A DNA stretch of 30,438 nucleotides from the IMG/VR virus record IMGVR_UViG_3300031939_000019, positions 1 to 30,438 of that record. One strand, given 5' to 3'. This document shows positions 1 through 8,647 of this stretch, in pieces. A program made the translations under genes and the position numbers. The DNA comes from a virus. Lineage: Duplodnaviria > Caudoviricetes. The first letter of the stretch is position 1, and each line of letters starts with the position of its first letter. The notes below the pieces were generated by a model, which was not told where the DNA came from, ran no database searches, and worked only from the letters and a program-made list of their open reading frames with translations.

Positions 1-1
1 C

Positions 2-322
2 TTGCCCACGTCATCTTTGAGCACAACAGCGCTCACGTTGACGGCGCCGAACTTGACGGGCAACACCCAGTATTATCGCAAGAACGTTGGCTCTTATCTT
101 TACAGCGCCCAGGTGACGGTAACAGGGGCAGGGACGGCCACAGCCAACTTTGGAGGCATCTTCAGCACAGGAGCTCTGGCTGGCACAGCCGATGGTGCTG
201 TCTATAACTTTGGGCCCTTCGGTGTTGGCACAGCCTATCTGGCCGCTGCCACCAATTATACCTGGAGCGTGACTGGCTCTGGCTCGGCCTCTGTTTACAT
301 CACCATGAACACCGTGCAATAG
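2..322 (+). CDS. Partial (5'-truncated) virion fibre/decoration-like protein
   Basis: The frame is open from the window edge and is rich in T/G/A/S. Its C-terminus (YLAAATNYTWSVTGSGSASVYITM) resembles the repeated C-terminal module of the next gene. Confidence 0.6.
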   Translation: MPTSSLSTTALTLTAPNLTGNTQYYRKNVGSYLYSAQVTVTGAGTATANFGGIFSTGALAGTADGAVYNFGPFGVGTAYLAAATNYTWSVTGSGSASVYITMNTVQ

Positions 323-332
323 GAGCCATCTG

Positions 333-1544
333 ATGGCCATGTTCACCAGCTATGGGCAGCCTGATGATTCTGTGGGCGCCGCAAATGATTACGCCATTGA
401 TCCTGCCAATAGGTTTTTGTGGGGGCCTAAGACCACAACCTGGGCTGGTACGGCCATCAGCATTGTGGGGCCCACAGGCCCTGGCCTCCTGGCTGGCCAG
501 GGTGCGCCAGCTGCAGGCACAGGTATTGTGGGCAACGCCTATGTGGACACGCTCACAGGCGATTTATGGGGACCGAAGACCGCGCCTGCTTCTTGGCCTG
601 CTTCCCCCTCGAGCAATCTCATGGGGCCAGCCGGATCCATCTTGCGCTATGGCACAGGACCGGCCTCGAGCAGCAATCCCCCCAAGCAAGCTGATGGGGA
701 CAGCTATATTGACCAACAGGCCAATACGCTTTCAGGGCCAAGGGCCAACGGCGTGTGGCCCGCGCCCATCTCCTTGGTGGGCCCGCCAGGGCCTACGCTT
801 GATGTGCTTACGTCACAATCGGTAGGCCTTGGCCCAAGCTTCAGCTGCACCGTTGCCGTGGGCACAACCCCCGTCAATGGCGTGTACCCTGGGACCACCC
901 AGCCTGTGGTTTTTGCCCCCACCTATGGCTCCGCTTTGATGGGGCTTTCTTACACCAACCCAGGCGGCGCTGTAACGCTGTCGCTTGTCGATCAAACGAC
1001 GAGCTCTGTCGTTTACTCGGTGTCTGCCACAGGCAACCTTACCAGCAATGCTGGTCAATTTGCCGTCAATCAATATCCGATGGTGGCAAATCACCAATAC
1101 GTCTGGCAGGTGACATCTTCCACCGCGGCCACGGCCAACATCTGGGTGCAGCCCATGTACCTGATGCCAGCTGCATCTCCGTCCTATAACGTCTCAAGCG
1201 TAGGCACGGCGCAAAAGACCAATACGACGTTTACGGCCACACAGATCAATCTCACGGCTGGTGGCAGCACCGTGGCTCAATCCTATAAATTCCCCAAAGC
1301 TGGCGCTGTGTATTCCGTCACTGCAAACAACACCAACGCGGCGGCCTTGACGATCTACTTGTCCAACGCAGCGGGCACCAAGATCCTCACCTTGACTGCC
1401 CCTGCCAATGCCATCACAACATTTGGGCCATACACCGCAAGCCAATACCCCATGGTGGCAAACACGCAATACTATTGGCTGGTGTCTGGCTCAGGGACAG
1501 GCTCAATTTTCATTGACATGCAGATGCTGTTCTCTGTTGCCTAA
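333..1544 (+). CDS. Fibre-like virion protein with three GPxGP-type repeats and two beta-rich C-terminal modules
   Basis: AGGAG RBS upstream. Three copies of a D..L(W/S)GP(K/R)...W....S(I/L)(V/M)GP.G motif. Two copies of QYPMVAN.QY.W.V. Confidence 0.7.
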   Translation: MAMFTSYGQPDDSVGAANDYAIDPANRFLWGPKTTTWAGTAISIVGPTGPGLLAGQGAPAAGTGIVGNAYVDTLTGDLWGPKTAPASWPASPSSNLMGPAGSILRYGTGPASSSNPPKQADGDSYIDQQANTLSGPRANGVWPAPISLVGPPGPTLDVLTSQSVGLGPSFSCTVAVGTTPVNGVYPGTTQPVVFAPTYGSALMGLSYTNPGGAVTLSLVDQTTSSVVYSVSATGNLTSNAGQFAVNQYPMVANHQYVWQVTSSTAATANIWVQPMYLMPAASPSYNVSSVGTAQKTNTTFTATQINLTAGGSTVAQSYKFPKAGAVYSVTANNTNAAALTIYLSNAAGTKILTLTAPANAITTFGPYTASQYPMVANTQYYWLVSGSGTGSIFIDMQMLFSVA

Positions 1545-1595
1545 GGCATCAGCGCTGCAAAGCAGAGCCAAGAATCATCAGACAGGGGCAGGTTG

Positions 1596-2120
1596 ATGCT
1601 GCTAACGATCACCCAAGGCGGCATTAACAGCACAACAGGGAGCTTCGCCAATGACCAGGTGGATGCCTCCCAGAGCCTCATCCGGGACACGCCAGCTCCC
1701 ATCCCCCAGGTCCCCTATTCAGATCCGAACATCGGCCAATATGGTGGGCTGCTCTATCTGTGCGAAGCCTCAGTCAAGCCTGGGGATATCGTCTGCTCAG
1801 ATTTGACCGCACAGGGCACCCTGGGTGGGCCACAGCGCTCTGTGCGCCTGCTCACAGCTCAGGAGCCAGGCCCTGTGCTGGGCGTGGTAACGGCCAAGAC
1901 CAGGGAGACTGTGGCTGAGGTTGTGCATCACGGCATCGCGCCTGTCTTTGGCCAATTGCAGCCAGGCCAACGCTATTTTCTGGGCCCTCAGGGGGGGATT
2001 GTGCCTGCCCCTCTTGATTTGAAGGGCCTGCTCTATGTCCATTTCATAGGCTTTGCTGTGGCCGAGGACACCCTGCTTGTCCAGCCCAGCTATCCTCTCA
2101 TCAAACGGAGTGTCGCCTGA
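1596..2120 (+). CDS. Capsid cement/decoration-like protein (DUF2190-like module)
   Basis: Carries a GVV..K.....V...G......L.PGQRYFLG..GG...GFAV..D.L motif typical of cement-like modules, and lies in the structural cluster. Confidence 0.55.
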   Translation: MLLTITQGGINSTTGSFANDQVDASQSLIRDTPAPIPQVPYSDPNIGQYGGLLYLCEASVKPGDIVCSDLTAQGTLGGPQRSVRLLTAQEPGPVLGVVTAKTRETVAEVVHHGIAPVFGQLQPGQRYFLGPQGGIVPAPLDLKGLLYVHFIGFAVAEDTLLVQPSYPLIKRSVA

Positions 2121-2329
2121 TGACCTTTGACAATCCCCATGAAGAGATTGAGCACCTGCTTAGGTGCGCTGAAGAGAGATTTGGCAGCTCTGAGGCCATG
2201 CGCCGCATTGTCCATCGGCATGGGGCCACTATTTTGACAGGCCGCGCTTCTCGAGATGCCACGCTGCCCTCAGACAAGCAGCCCATCGGTTTCAGGGCCT
2301 CTGTCGCCAGGAGGCCTGCTCATGGCTGA
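2120..2329 (+). CDS. Hypothetical protein (69 aa)
   Basis: TGATG coupling to the upstream gene. Its stop overlaps the start of the next gene. Confidence 0.55.
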   Translation: MTFDNPHEEIEHLLRCAEERFGSSEAMRRIVHRHGATILTGRASRDATLPSDKQPIGFRASVARRPAHG

Positions 2330-2702
2330 GCGCAAGCGCAAGATGGGGGAGCACGTCACCCTCAGCAAAGAGAGCGTCAATAAGCTGCTCGAGTCTGCCC
2401 GCTCCCCAGAGGCCAAATTCCTAGACCCTTGGGACATCCTGGCGCTGGAGAGGGCTGAGCGCACGGTCTTTGATGCCAAGGCCGCCTTGTCCGATGCAGG
2501 CCACAGGCTGGCCATCCTCAAGCTCGAGCATGACAAGCTGCTCCAAGGGCTTTTGCAGGAGCAAGCAGAGCGCCACCGCCAGCTGGGCCAGGCCCGCCAG
2601 GCAGCCAAAGAATTAGCGGGGAGCTTGGCATCACGGTATTGCATAGATTGGAGCACGCACGTCTTCAATCCAGAGACTGGGGAGATCACCCAGCCAGAGT
2701 GA
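2322..2702 (+). CDS. Hypothetical coiled-coil protein
   Basis: The ATG at 2322 follows GGAGG. It has a helical Leu/Glu/Gln-rich core and ends in FNPETGEI. Confidence 0.65.
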   Translation: MAERKRKMGEHVTLSKESVNKLLESARSPEAKFLDPWDILALERAERTVFDAKAALSDAGHRLAILKLEHDKLLQGLLQEQAERHRQLGQARQAAKELAGSLASRYCIDWSTHVFNPETGEITQPE

Positions 2703-2717
2703 CCAAAGGGGCTACAG

Positions 2718-3983
2718 ATGACTGAGCGCAAGCCGCTATTCTTCAATTTCGATGAAGGCATCCATCAGGAATTTGACCCGTCTTCAGATTCGGTCACGTT
2801 TGCCCAAGTAGCCCTCAGTGGCCTCGATGGCATCGGCATCAATGCCCAGGGCCAGCGCATTGCTGGCCTGGCCATGCCCTCAGCTGCTTTCGATGCCACC
2901 AATAAGGCCTATGTGGACAGCGTGGCCCAGGGCCTGAGCGTGAAGCTGGCCGTTGTGGCCGCCACATCCAATCCTGTGGGCACCCTCTCTGGCACAGGCA
3001 CCATTGATGGCAAGGCCGTGAGCGCAGGCGACCGCGTGCTGCTCATGGGCCAGGATGATGCCGTGCAAAATGGCATTTGGCAGGTGCAGTCTGGCAGCTG
3101 GACCCGCCCTGATGACTTTGCCGCCGGGACCCATGGCTCCTCTGCCTTCTGTTTTGTGGAGGGTGGCGACACCTATGCAGACAATGGCTTCACCTGTGCC
3201 ACCGATGCCCCAGATGATGTGATTGGCAGCAATCCCCTCATCTTCACCCAATTCACTGGCGCTGGGGAGATCCTCACAGGCCCTGGCATCAGCAAGAATG
3301 GCAACACCTTGTCGGTGGCCCTGGCAGCCTCGAGCGGCCTGCAATTCAGCGCTGGCTCCCTGGACACCTTGGTGGCTCCCACTGGCGGCCTCTTCAAGGA
3401 TGGTGGCGGCCTCAGGGCGCTGCTCAAGGATGAGGGCGCGTCGGCGGCCACCTTGCAGCGTGACGCTGCAGGCCTGGGTGTCCTGGGCGTGCCCAGGCTC
3501 TTCACTGTGGCAGGCGAGGCCACAACGGCCAACGTATCGGCGGCCAATCTCAACACCCTCACCCAGAGTGAGGCCACTGAGGCCGATGCCCTGCACACCC
3601 ATGCCAGCGTCATCAGCGCTAAGGTTGTGGGGGACAAGCATTTGACGGCCTCGGTCCTCAGAGCTGGCGACCCTGTGGCCTGGAGCTCGACGGCCAACAC
3701 CCTGGCTCGAGGGGATGCTGGCATTGATGCTCAGGCGCGCATCATCGGTCTGGCTCAGGCCGCCACCGATGCCAATGGCGCAGCCACCATCATCAAGCGC
3801 GGCATCCTCAAGGGTGTCCTCAGTGGCGCAATCCCTGGCCAGCCTCTCTACCTGGCCGTGGGTGGCGGCTTGACGGCCACCATCCCCACTGGCTCCTCTT
3901 TGCGCCTGGTGCGCGTGGGCTATGCCGTCAATTCGACGGATCTGGATGTCTGTCTGCATGACATGGGCAAACGGTCTGCCTGA
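2718..3983 (+). CDS. Fibre/head-fibre-like protein with C-terminal cement-like module
   Basis: Has the common phage fibre motif DATNKAYVD...TLSG..TIDG....GDRVLL..Q....NGIW....WTR..D. The C-terminal region is similar to 1596-2120. Confidence 0.75.
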   Translation: MTERKPLFFNFDEGIHQEFDPSSDSVTFAQVALSGLDGIGINAQGQRIAGLAMPSAAFDATNKAYVDSVAQGLSVKLAVVAATSNPVGTLSGTGTIDGKAVSAGDRVLLMGQDDAVQNGIWQVQSGSWTRPDDFAAGTHGSSAFCFVEGGDTYADNGFTCATDAPDDVIGSNPLIFTQFTGAGEILTGPGISKNGNTLSVALAASSGLQFSAGSLDTLVAPTGGLFKDGGGLRALLKDEGASAATLQRDAAGLGVLGVPRLFTVAGEATTANVSAANLNTLTQSEATEADALHTHASVISAKVVGDKHLTASVLRAGDPVAWSSTANTLARGDAGIDAQARIIGLAQAATDANGAATIIKRGILKGVLSGAIPGQPLYLAVGGGLTATIPTGSSLRLVRVGYAVNSTDLDVCLHDMGKRSA

Positions 3984-4270
3984 TGGTGGCGCCCATTGGC
4001 AAAAGCTATGGACCGGGGGGGCTTGCCCCCATGCCCCCTCGGCCACCATGCTTCTTCAGTGTTGAATCTATCCGATATCCGGGCCAGCTGGTCTATGCCA
4101 TGCGCTATGGTGGCGTGGGCGTGAGGCTCAGCGCTCAGGAGCGGCTGATGCTGGCTGGCATGTGCTTGGCCCCCCATCGCGCCATAGTGTTCACCAATGA
4201 CAATGCCCAGCCCCCTGTGCGCTACGTGGTAGCGCTGCATGTGGAGCATCTAGCGGCTGCAAGGCGATAA
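3983..4270 (+). CDS. Hypothetical protein (95 aa)
   Basis: TGATG coupling. Fills the gap up to the next gene. Confidence 0.5.
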   Translation: MVAPIGKSYGPGGLAPMPPRPPCFFSVESIRYPGQLVYAMRYGGVGVRLSAQERLMLAGMCLAPHRAIVFTNDNAQPPVRYVVALHVEHLAAARR

Positions 4271-4272
4271 GC

Positions 4273-4839
4273 ATGGCCATCGAGCGCATCAGAGCCTTGA
4301 AGCTTGAGTCTGTCTCTGAGGCAGGAGGCCAGACAGACGAAAGTGTCACAGAGACCAATATCGGCCAGGACTATTTGGATGCTCTTGGGCTGTGCCTGCA
4401 GCTGGCTGGCGCCACATCTTCGGCCTCAGATGCCAAGGTCTGCATCAGCCGGGCCTCTGATTCTACTTTGTGCTTCACCGATGTGCCCTCTGGGAGCGTG
4501 GGCTTGGGCCAATTGCTCACCAGCGTGTTGGGCAAGCCTGGCACCCACGCCTCCGTGGCCGATTTTGCCCACTGGCTGGGAGCTCCTGGGGAGGGCTTCG
4601 CCTCTGGTGCCTTCAGAAAGACCCTCAGCGTGGGCAGCCTGCCCTCCAAAGTGACGTGGTACGCATCGAGCGCAGCCACTGTGAAGCTCTTTGAGACAAG
4701 CTTTGCCTATGCAGGCGTGCTGGTGTCGCAAAAAGTACACACGCTTTACAGCCAGAACGTTGCCATCAGGACCTTGACCGAAACCTTCAGCTATTCCTCG
4801 AGCGTCTTTGCTCCCACCATCACCAGGACTTGGCTATGA
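4273..4839 (+). CDS. Hypothetical virion-associated protein
   Basis: 188 aa ORF in the operon with a beta-rich C-terminus. Confidence 0.65.
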   Translation: MAIERIRALKLESVSEAGGQTDESVTETNIGQDYLDALGLCLQLAGATSSASDAKVCISRASDSTLCFTDVPSGSVGLGQLLTSVLGKPGTHASVADFAHWLGAPGEGFASGAFRKTLSVGSLPSKVTWYASSAATVKLFETSFAYAGVLVSQKVHTLYSQNVAIRTLTETFSYSSSVFAPTITRTWL

Positions 4840-4958
4840 TCGCACACAAATGGGCCTTCTTCATCTCTTTGGCCTTCCTGGCCGCGCCTGTCATGGTGCC
4901 TGTGGCCATGGTCCTATGGCGCCGCCTGTCCGATGTGATTGGATCCTTGCATGACTAA
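4836..4958 (+). CDS. Small single-TM protein (40 aa), not in the ORF track
   Basis: Manual translation MIAHKWAFFISLAFLAAPVMVPVAMVLWRRLSDVIGSLHD. ATGA overlap with the upstream stop, and its end overlaps the ATG at 4951. Confidence 0.6.
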   Translation: MIAHKWAFFISLAFLAAPVMVPVAMVLWRRLSDVIGSLHD

Positions 4959-5661
4959 TCTCAGCTTACTTGTCGATGCCTCAGGCAATCCCTGTGCTGG
5001 CACCTTTGGCTCAGCTCTGCCAACGGCCAACATAGCAGGTGCGTCAACGGGCAAATCAGCGGGGCTGCCCATCGGCGGGCTTGCGCCCTCTGGCCAGCTC
5101 ACTGCTCTGGCTGTGGATGCTGATGGGGCTGTCATCACCCACAACGGGGCCAGCTTGACGGCAATAGCCACCAGCCAATCGACCGTGGCCACAGGCACAG
5201 CTTCAGGCAAGGTGATGATTAGCGCCTTCAATGCCAGCGCCACATCATGGATGCGCCTGATCGGCATCTTTATGGAGTGTCCTCCCCAGGTGAACACATC
5301 AGGGGGCCTCTTGGGCACCAGCACCAGCTATATGCAGGTCCCCTTTGGCATCTATCGCATCACTGGGCACACAGGGGGCACGCTGTTGACCCCAATGTGT
5401 CTGGACCCGTCCGATGATGCCAGCCTGGATGGAGCCTATACCGTGCGCACAGGCGCTACAGTGACAGGCAAGGCAGCCAATGCCAGCCTCATTTGGGATG
5501 CCGCCTATGACGGCTCGGCCAACATTGGCACTCGGCCGGATTTGAGCGCAAAGCTGTGGACCATGCCGCCTGGCTATGGCCTGGCTGTCATCCTCACCCA
5601 GAGCCTTGCTGGCTCTGTGCCCTTCTTCGTCAGCATGACCTGCACCCAAAGCAGCTCATAA
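4951..5661 (+). CDS. Hypothetical structural-like protein
   Basis: G/A/S/T-rich ORF. The ATG at 4951 is preferred over the TTG at 4939. Confidence 0.65.
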   Translation: MTNLSLLVDASGNPCAGTFGSALPTANIAGASTGKSAGLPIGGLAPSGQLTALAVDADGAVITHNGASLTAIATSQSTVATGTASGKVMISAFNASATSWMRLIGIFMECPPQVNTSGGLLGTSTSYMQVPFGIYRITGHTGGTLLTPMCLDPSDDASLDGAYTVRTGATVTGKAANASLIWDAAYDGSANIGTRPDLSAKLWTMPPGYGLAVILTQSLAGSVPFFVSMTCTQSSS

Positions 5662-5746
5662 TCGGTCTATTTCTTGCCCTGCCCCCCTAGATGCAATCAA
5701 AGTGGGGACAGAAGGCCTTCTTGGCCCAAACTTTTTTTATTTTGTC

Positions 5747-5779
5747 ACAGGTTTGCAGCATAGTGGCTGTCAAACCTGT
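5747..5779 (+). promoter_or_regulatory. Inverted repeat/hairpin upstream of the major capsid gene
   Basis: ACAGGTTTGCAGC-atagtg-GCTG(T)CAAACCTGT gives a 13 bp stem with one bulge. It follows a T-rich tract. Confidence 0.5.
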
Positions 5780-5802
5780 CACTTTCAGAAGGATTTGCCC
5801 CT

Positions 5803-6795
5803 ATGCCCAATCCCACGCGATCAGATGTCCACGTTAATCGCCCGCTTGGCTCCATCGCTGTGGCGACGATCCAGGACGCAAAAAATTTCATAGCCCAGCA
5901 GGTGTTTCCGATCGTGGGCGTGATGAAGCAATCGGACCGCTACTTTTCTTATGACCGATCCTACTGGATGCGGGCTGGAGCAGAGAAGAGAGCTCCTGCT
6001 ACTGAGAGCGCCGGTTCGGGCTGGAAGATTGATTCGAATCCTCAATTTTTTTGCGATATTTGGGCATATCATACGGATCTGGATGATTACACTCTGCAGC
6101 TGGCTGATGACCCGATCGATCTTCATCGGGACAGTGTTGAGTTTTTGACCCAGAAGATGATGCTTCGGCGCGAGAAGCTCTTCACGCAAACCTTCATGTC
6201 TCCTGGCGTGTGGGGAGGCCTGTTGACCACCAACGGCTCTGGCAAGCGCGTGCCCACCGATTTCACGCCCAACATCAGCTGGAGCAATGACAACAGCAAT
6301 CCGCTGGCTGACATTGCCATGCTCAAGACTGAGATCACGCGTACCACCAGCCTCGAGCCGAACGTCCTGGTCGTGAGCCATGACGTCAATGAGCGGCTCA
6401 AGCAGCACCCCATGGTGTTGAGCCGAATCCTCTACAGCCAGCTGGGCATCGCCACCGAGGAGCTGCTTGCTCAATTCTTCGGTGTCGATAAGTACCTGGT
6501 GGCCAAGGCCGTCGAGAATCGCAGCCAGGAAGGCCAGACCGGGGATTATGATTTCATCTCCGATAACAAAATCTTGCTGTGCTACTCGGCACCCAGCCCT
6601 GGAATCCTTAAGCCAACTGCAGGGTATATTTTCAGCTGGACAGGCATGTATGGCGCTTCTGCCATGGGCAGCCGCATCAAGACCATGCGCATGGAGCACC
6701 TGTCTGCAGAGCGCATTGAGATGGAGATGGCTTTTGACATGCACCAGGTTTCGGCTGAGCTGGGCATCCTGGGCACCAATCTGCTCACCACCTGA
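5803..6795 (+). CDS. Major capsid protein (HK97 fold, gpE-like)
   Basis: 330 aa with the N-terminus P..SDVHV.RPL..IAVA....FIA..VFP.V.V.KQSD.Y, plus KRAP.TES and PL.DI...K...PNVLV motifs. It precedes the neck genes. Confidence 0.88.
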   Translation: MPNPTRSDVHVNRPLGSIAVATIQDAKNFIAQQVFPIVGVMKQSDRYFSYDRSYWMRAGAEKRAPATESAGSGWKIDSNPQFFCDIWAYHTDLDDYTLQLADDPIDLHRDSVEFLTQKMMLRREKLFTQTFMSPGVWGGLLTTNGSGKRVPTDFTPNISWSNDNSNPLADIAMLKTEITRTTSLEPNVLVVSHDVNERLKQHPMVLSRILYSQLGIATEELLAQFFGVDKYLVAKAVENRSQEGQTGDYDFISDNKILLCYSAPSPGILKPTAGYIFSWTGMYGASAMGSRIKTMRMEHLSAERIEMEMAFDMHQVSAELGILGTNLLTT

Positions 6796-7151
6796 TGCGC
6801 TATATCGCCTTGCGTAAATTGACGTACGTTGGGCAAGACGGCGCCACCTATGCCGTCTTGCCTGGCGAGGCCGTGCCAGGCTTTGAATCCTGGAGCTCGG
6901 CCGTCAAACATGCGCATCTGATCACCAAGATGGTGGAGGACAGGCACAGCCTCAATCCTGCCATCATTGATGGGCAGATGCGCATGACCGTGTATGGCAA
7001 AATCTCAGACGGTCCCAAGGGCCCAGATGCAGCCCTGGAGCAGCCAAAGACCGAGGCTGCTCCGCAAAAGCTGCACCTGTGTCCGCATTGTGATCATCCA
7101 GGATTTGGCATCAAAAACAGCCTGCAAAAGCACATCGATCGCAAACACTGA
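6795..7151 (+). CDS. Hypothetical protein with C-terminal C2H2-type zinc finger
   Basis: Ends in CPHCDHPGFGIKNSLQKHIDRKH. TGATG-coupled to the capsid gene. Confidence 0.7.
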   Translation: MRYIALRKLTYVGQDGATYAVLPGEAVPGFESWSSAVKHAHLITKMVEDRHSLNPAIIDGQMRMTVYGKISDGPKGPDAALEQPKTEAAPQKLHLCPHCDHPGFGIKNSLQKHIDRKH

Positions 7152-7164
7152 ATCGAGGGCATCC

Positions 7165-7638
7165 ATGGCCTTTACTTACTCTGGGGATCCGGGCCAAAGC
7201 CCCATGGATGCCGTGCGCTTTGCCATTGGAGACACCGATCCTGCCAGGCCTCAGCTGCAGGATGGGGAGATTGCCTACTGCTTAGCCTTGGCAGGGGGCA
7301 ACGTGGGGATTGCCAGCGTCACGGCCTGTGAGGCTATCGTCACCCAGCTCAGCCGCCTGTGTGATCAGAGCGTCGGCTCTGTCTCCAAGTCTTTCAGCCA
7401 GCTGTTGGGCAATTATAAGGAGGTCCTGGCCAACTTGCGCAGGGTAGCCTCCAACGTGGGGGGGATGCCCTATGTCGGCGGCATCAGCCACGCGCAAAAC
7501 AATCTGCCCTACAGCAATCCTGATTACGTGCGGCCACAATTCACCACCAGGATGATGCATGGGCGCTCAGGGTGGCTGGGCAATCCCTTGCTGGGGGAGC
7601 TGGCTGGCTCTGGCAACAGCTCCCCTGAGGAGCGCTGA
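7165..7638 (+). CDS. Head-tail adaptor/connector
   Basis: Motif MAFTYSGDP....DAVRF.IGDTD....LQD.EI and position after the capsid gene. ATG 7165 follows GAGGG. Confidence 0.75.
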   Translation: MAFTYSGDPGQSPMDAVRFAIGDTDPARPQLQDGEIAYCLALAGGNVGIASVTACEAIVTQLSRLCDQSVGSVSKSFSQLLGNYKEVLANLRRVASNVGGMPYVGGISHAQNNLPYSNPDYVRPQFTTRMMHGRSGWLGNPLLGELAGSGNSSPEER

Positions 7639-8159
7639 TGCCACGCATCCTGCATGTGAAGATCAAGACATCCTCCAAAGGGGATGTGACCTTCTCAGAG
7701 CTCAAAAAGCAGTACCGTGACTTATCGCGCAAGCATGTGACCGTGGGCATCTTGGAGCCTGGCCGCGCCTATCCCAACACTGAGGCCACAGTGGGAGAGG
7801 TGGCCCTGTGGCAGGAATTTGGCACCAGGCCCAAGAATGGCCGCGCTATCCCCTCCAGAAGCTTTTTGCGCACCCCGTTTGACAAGTCTACCGATGCCAT
7901 CTTTCGGCTCAAGACCAAGCTTCTGGCCCAGATTGCCGCCGATAAGATCACTGTTGTGCAGGGCCTGCAGTTTCTGGGGGCAGATCTGGTGCGAAGGATG
8001 CAGACGGCCATCAAAAAGCGCATCCCCCCACCCTTGCGGCCTTACACCCTCGAGCGCCGCAAAGAGAAGAAGATCTCAGGGACCATCCCCCTTTACGCCA
8101 CAGGCTTCTTATACAACAGCATCCACTTTGCCGTGCGCGATAGCGGCCAGGACAAGTGA
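7638..8159 (+). CDS. Neck/virion morphogenesis protein (gp10/Ne1-like)
   Basis: Basic protein with VTVGI, A.W.EFGT..IP.RSFLR and PL..TG.L..SI motifs. Confidence 0.78.
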   Translation: MPRILHVKIKTSSKGDVTFSELKKQYRDLSRKHVTVGILEPGRAYPNTEATVGEVALWQEFGTRPKNGRAIPSRSFLRTPFDKSTDAIFRLKTKLLAQIAADKITVVQGLQFLGADLVRRMQTAIKKRIPPPLRPYTLERRKEKKISGTIPLYATGFLYNSIHFAVRDSGQDK

Positions 8160-8162
8160 CCC

Positions 8163-8594
8163 ATGTGGCAGCTAGATGGACCTGTTGAGCTGTTGGATTG
8201 CGATGAGCGGCTTACCGTTGTGCGCCAGGGACGTCTGATTGACGAAGACATCACCTATCAGGATGGTGTGCCTGTAGCGCTTCACGCTCCTTTGCAATTC
8301 GACATCACCTGCACCCTGCAGCCCCTCGATGGACGGGACCTGTTGCTGGTGCCTGAGGCCTTCCGTGACAAGGAGACCTATTGGCTATGGGTGCGCCAGC
8401 CCAAGGGCGCTGCCCAGAAGGCCATCGAGGTGGCCGATATTGTCCTCAGAGAGGGCCTGGCCTTCCAGGTGCAGAGCTGTGAGGACTGGGGCAGCTATGC
8501 GCGCTGTATGCTGGTGGCCATTGACGTGGGGCTGGTGCCCGATCCCAACGGGCCCATTTATGGCCAATCGGTCTATCCGGGCCCTGTCAATTAG
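8163..8594 (+). CDS. Head closure/stopper-like protein
   Basis: QPL.G.DL...PE..R motif, beta-rich, in the neck position. Confidence 0.65.
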   Translation: MWQLDGPVELLDCDERLTVVRQGRLIDEDITYQDGVPVALHAPLQFDITCTLQPLDGRDLLLVPEAFRDKETYWLWVRQPKGAAQKAIEVADIVLREGLAFQVQSCEDWGSYARCMLVAIDVGLVPDPNGPIYGQSVYPGPVN

Positions 8595-8647
8595 CTTTTT
8601 TACTCACTTTGTGGGTGCACAGGCTGATTTTTGTTAGATTGTCCCAG

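Noticed and set aside
1068-1490. Diversity-generating retroelement TR/VR pair from the repeated QYPMVAN segments
   Set aside because: The copies differ at non-adenine positions, both lie in one CDS, and there is no reverse transcriptase in the window.
2322-2733. Near-identical 16-nt starts (ATG(G/A)CTGAGCGCAAGC) of two adjacent genes
   Set aside because: Similarity ends after five codons, so it cannot be distinguished from chance.
2880-4049. 389-aa minus-strand ORF and similar long antisense ORFs (5821-6744, 8600-9271, 22543-23250, 25968-26621, 27813-28436)
   Set aside because: They are shadows of well-supported plus-strand genes in GC-rich DNA and carry no motifs.
5703-5743. Intrinsic terminator before the capsid gene
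   Set aside because: A T-tract is present, but the stem is short or imperfect and is separated from the tract.
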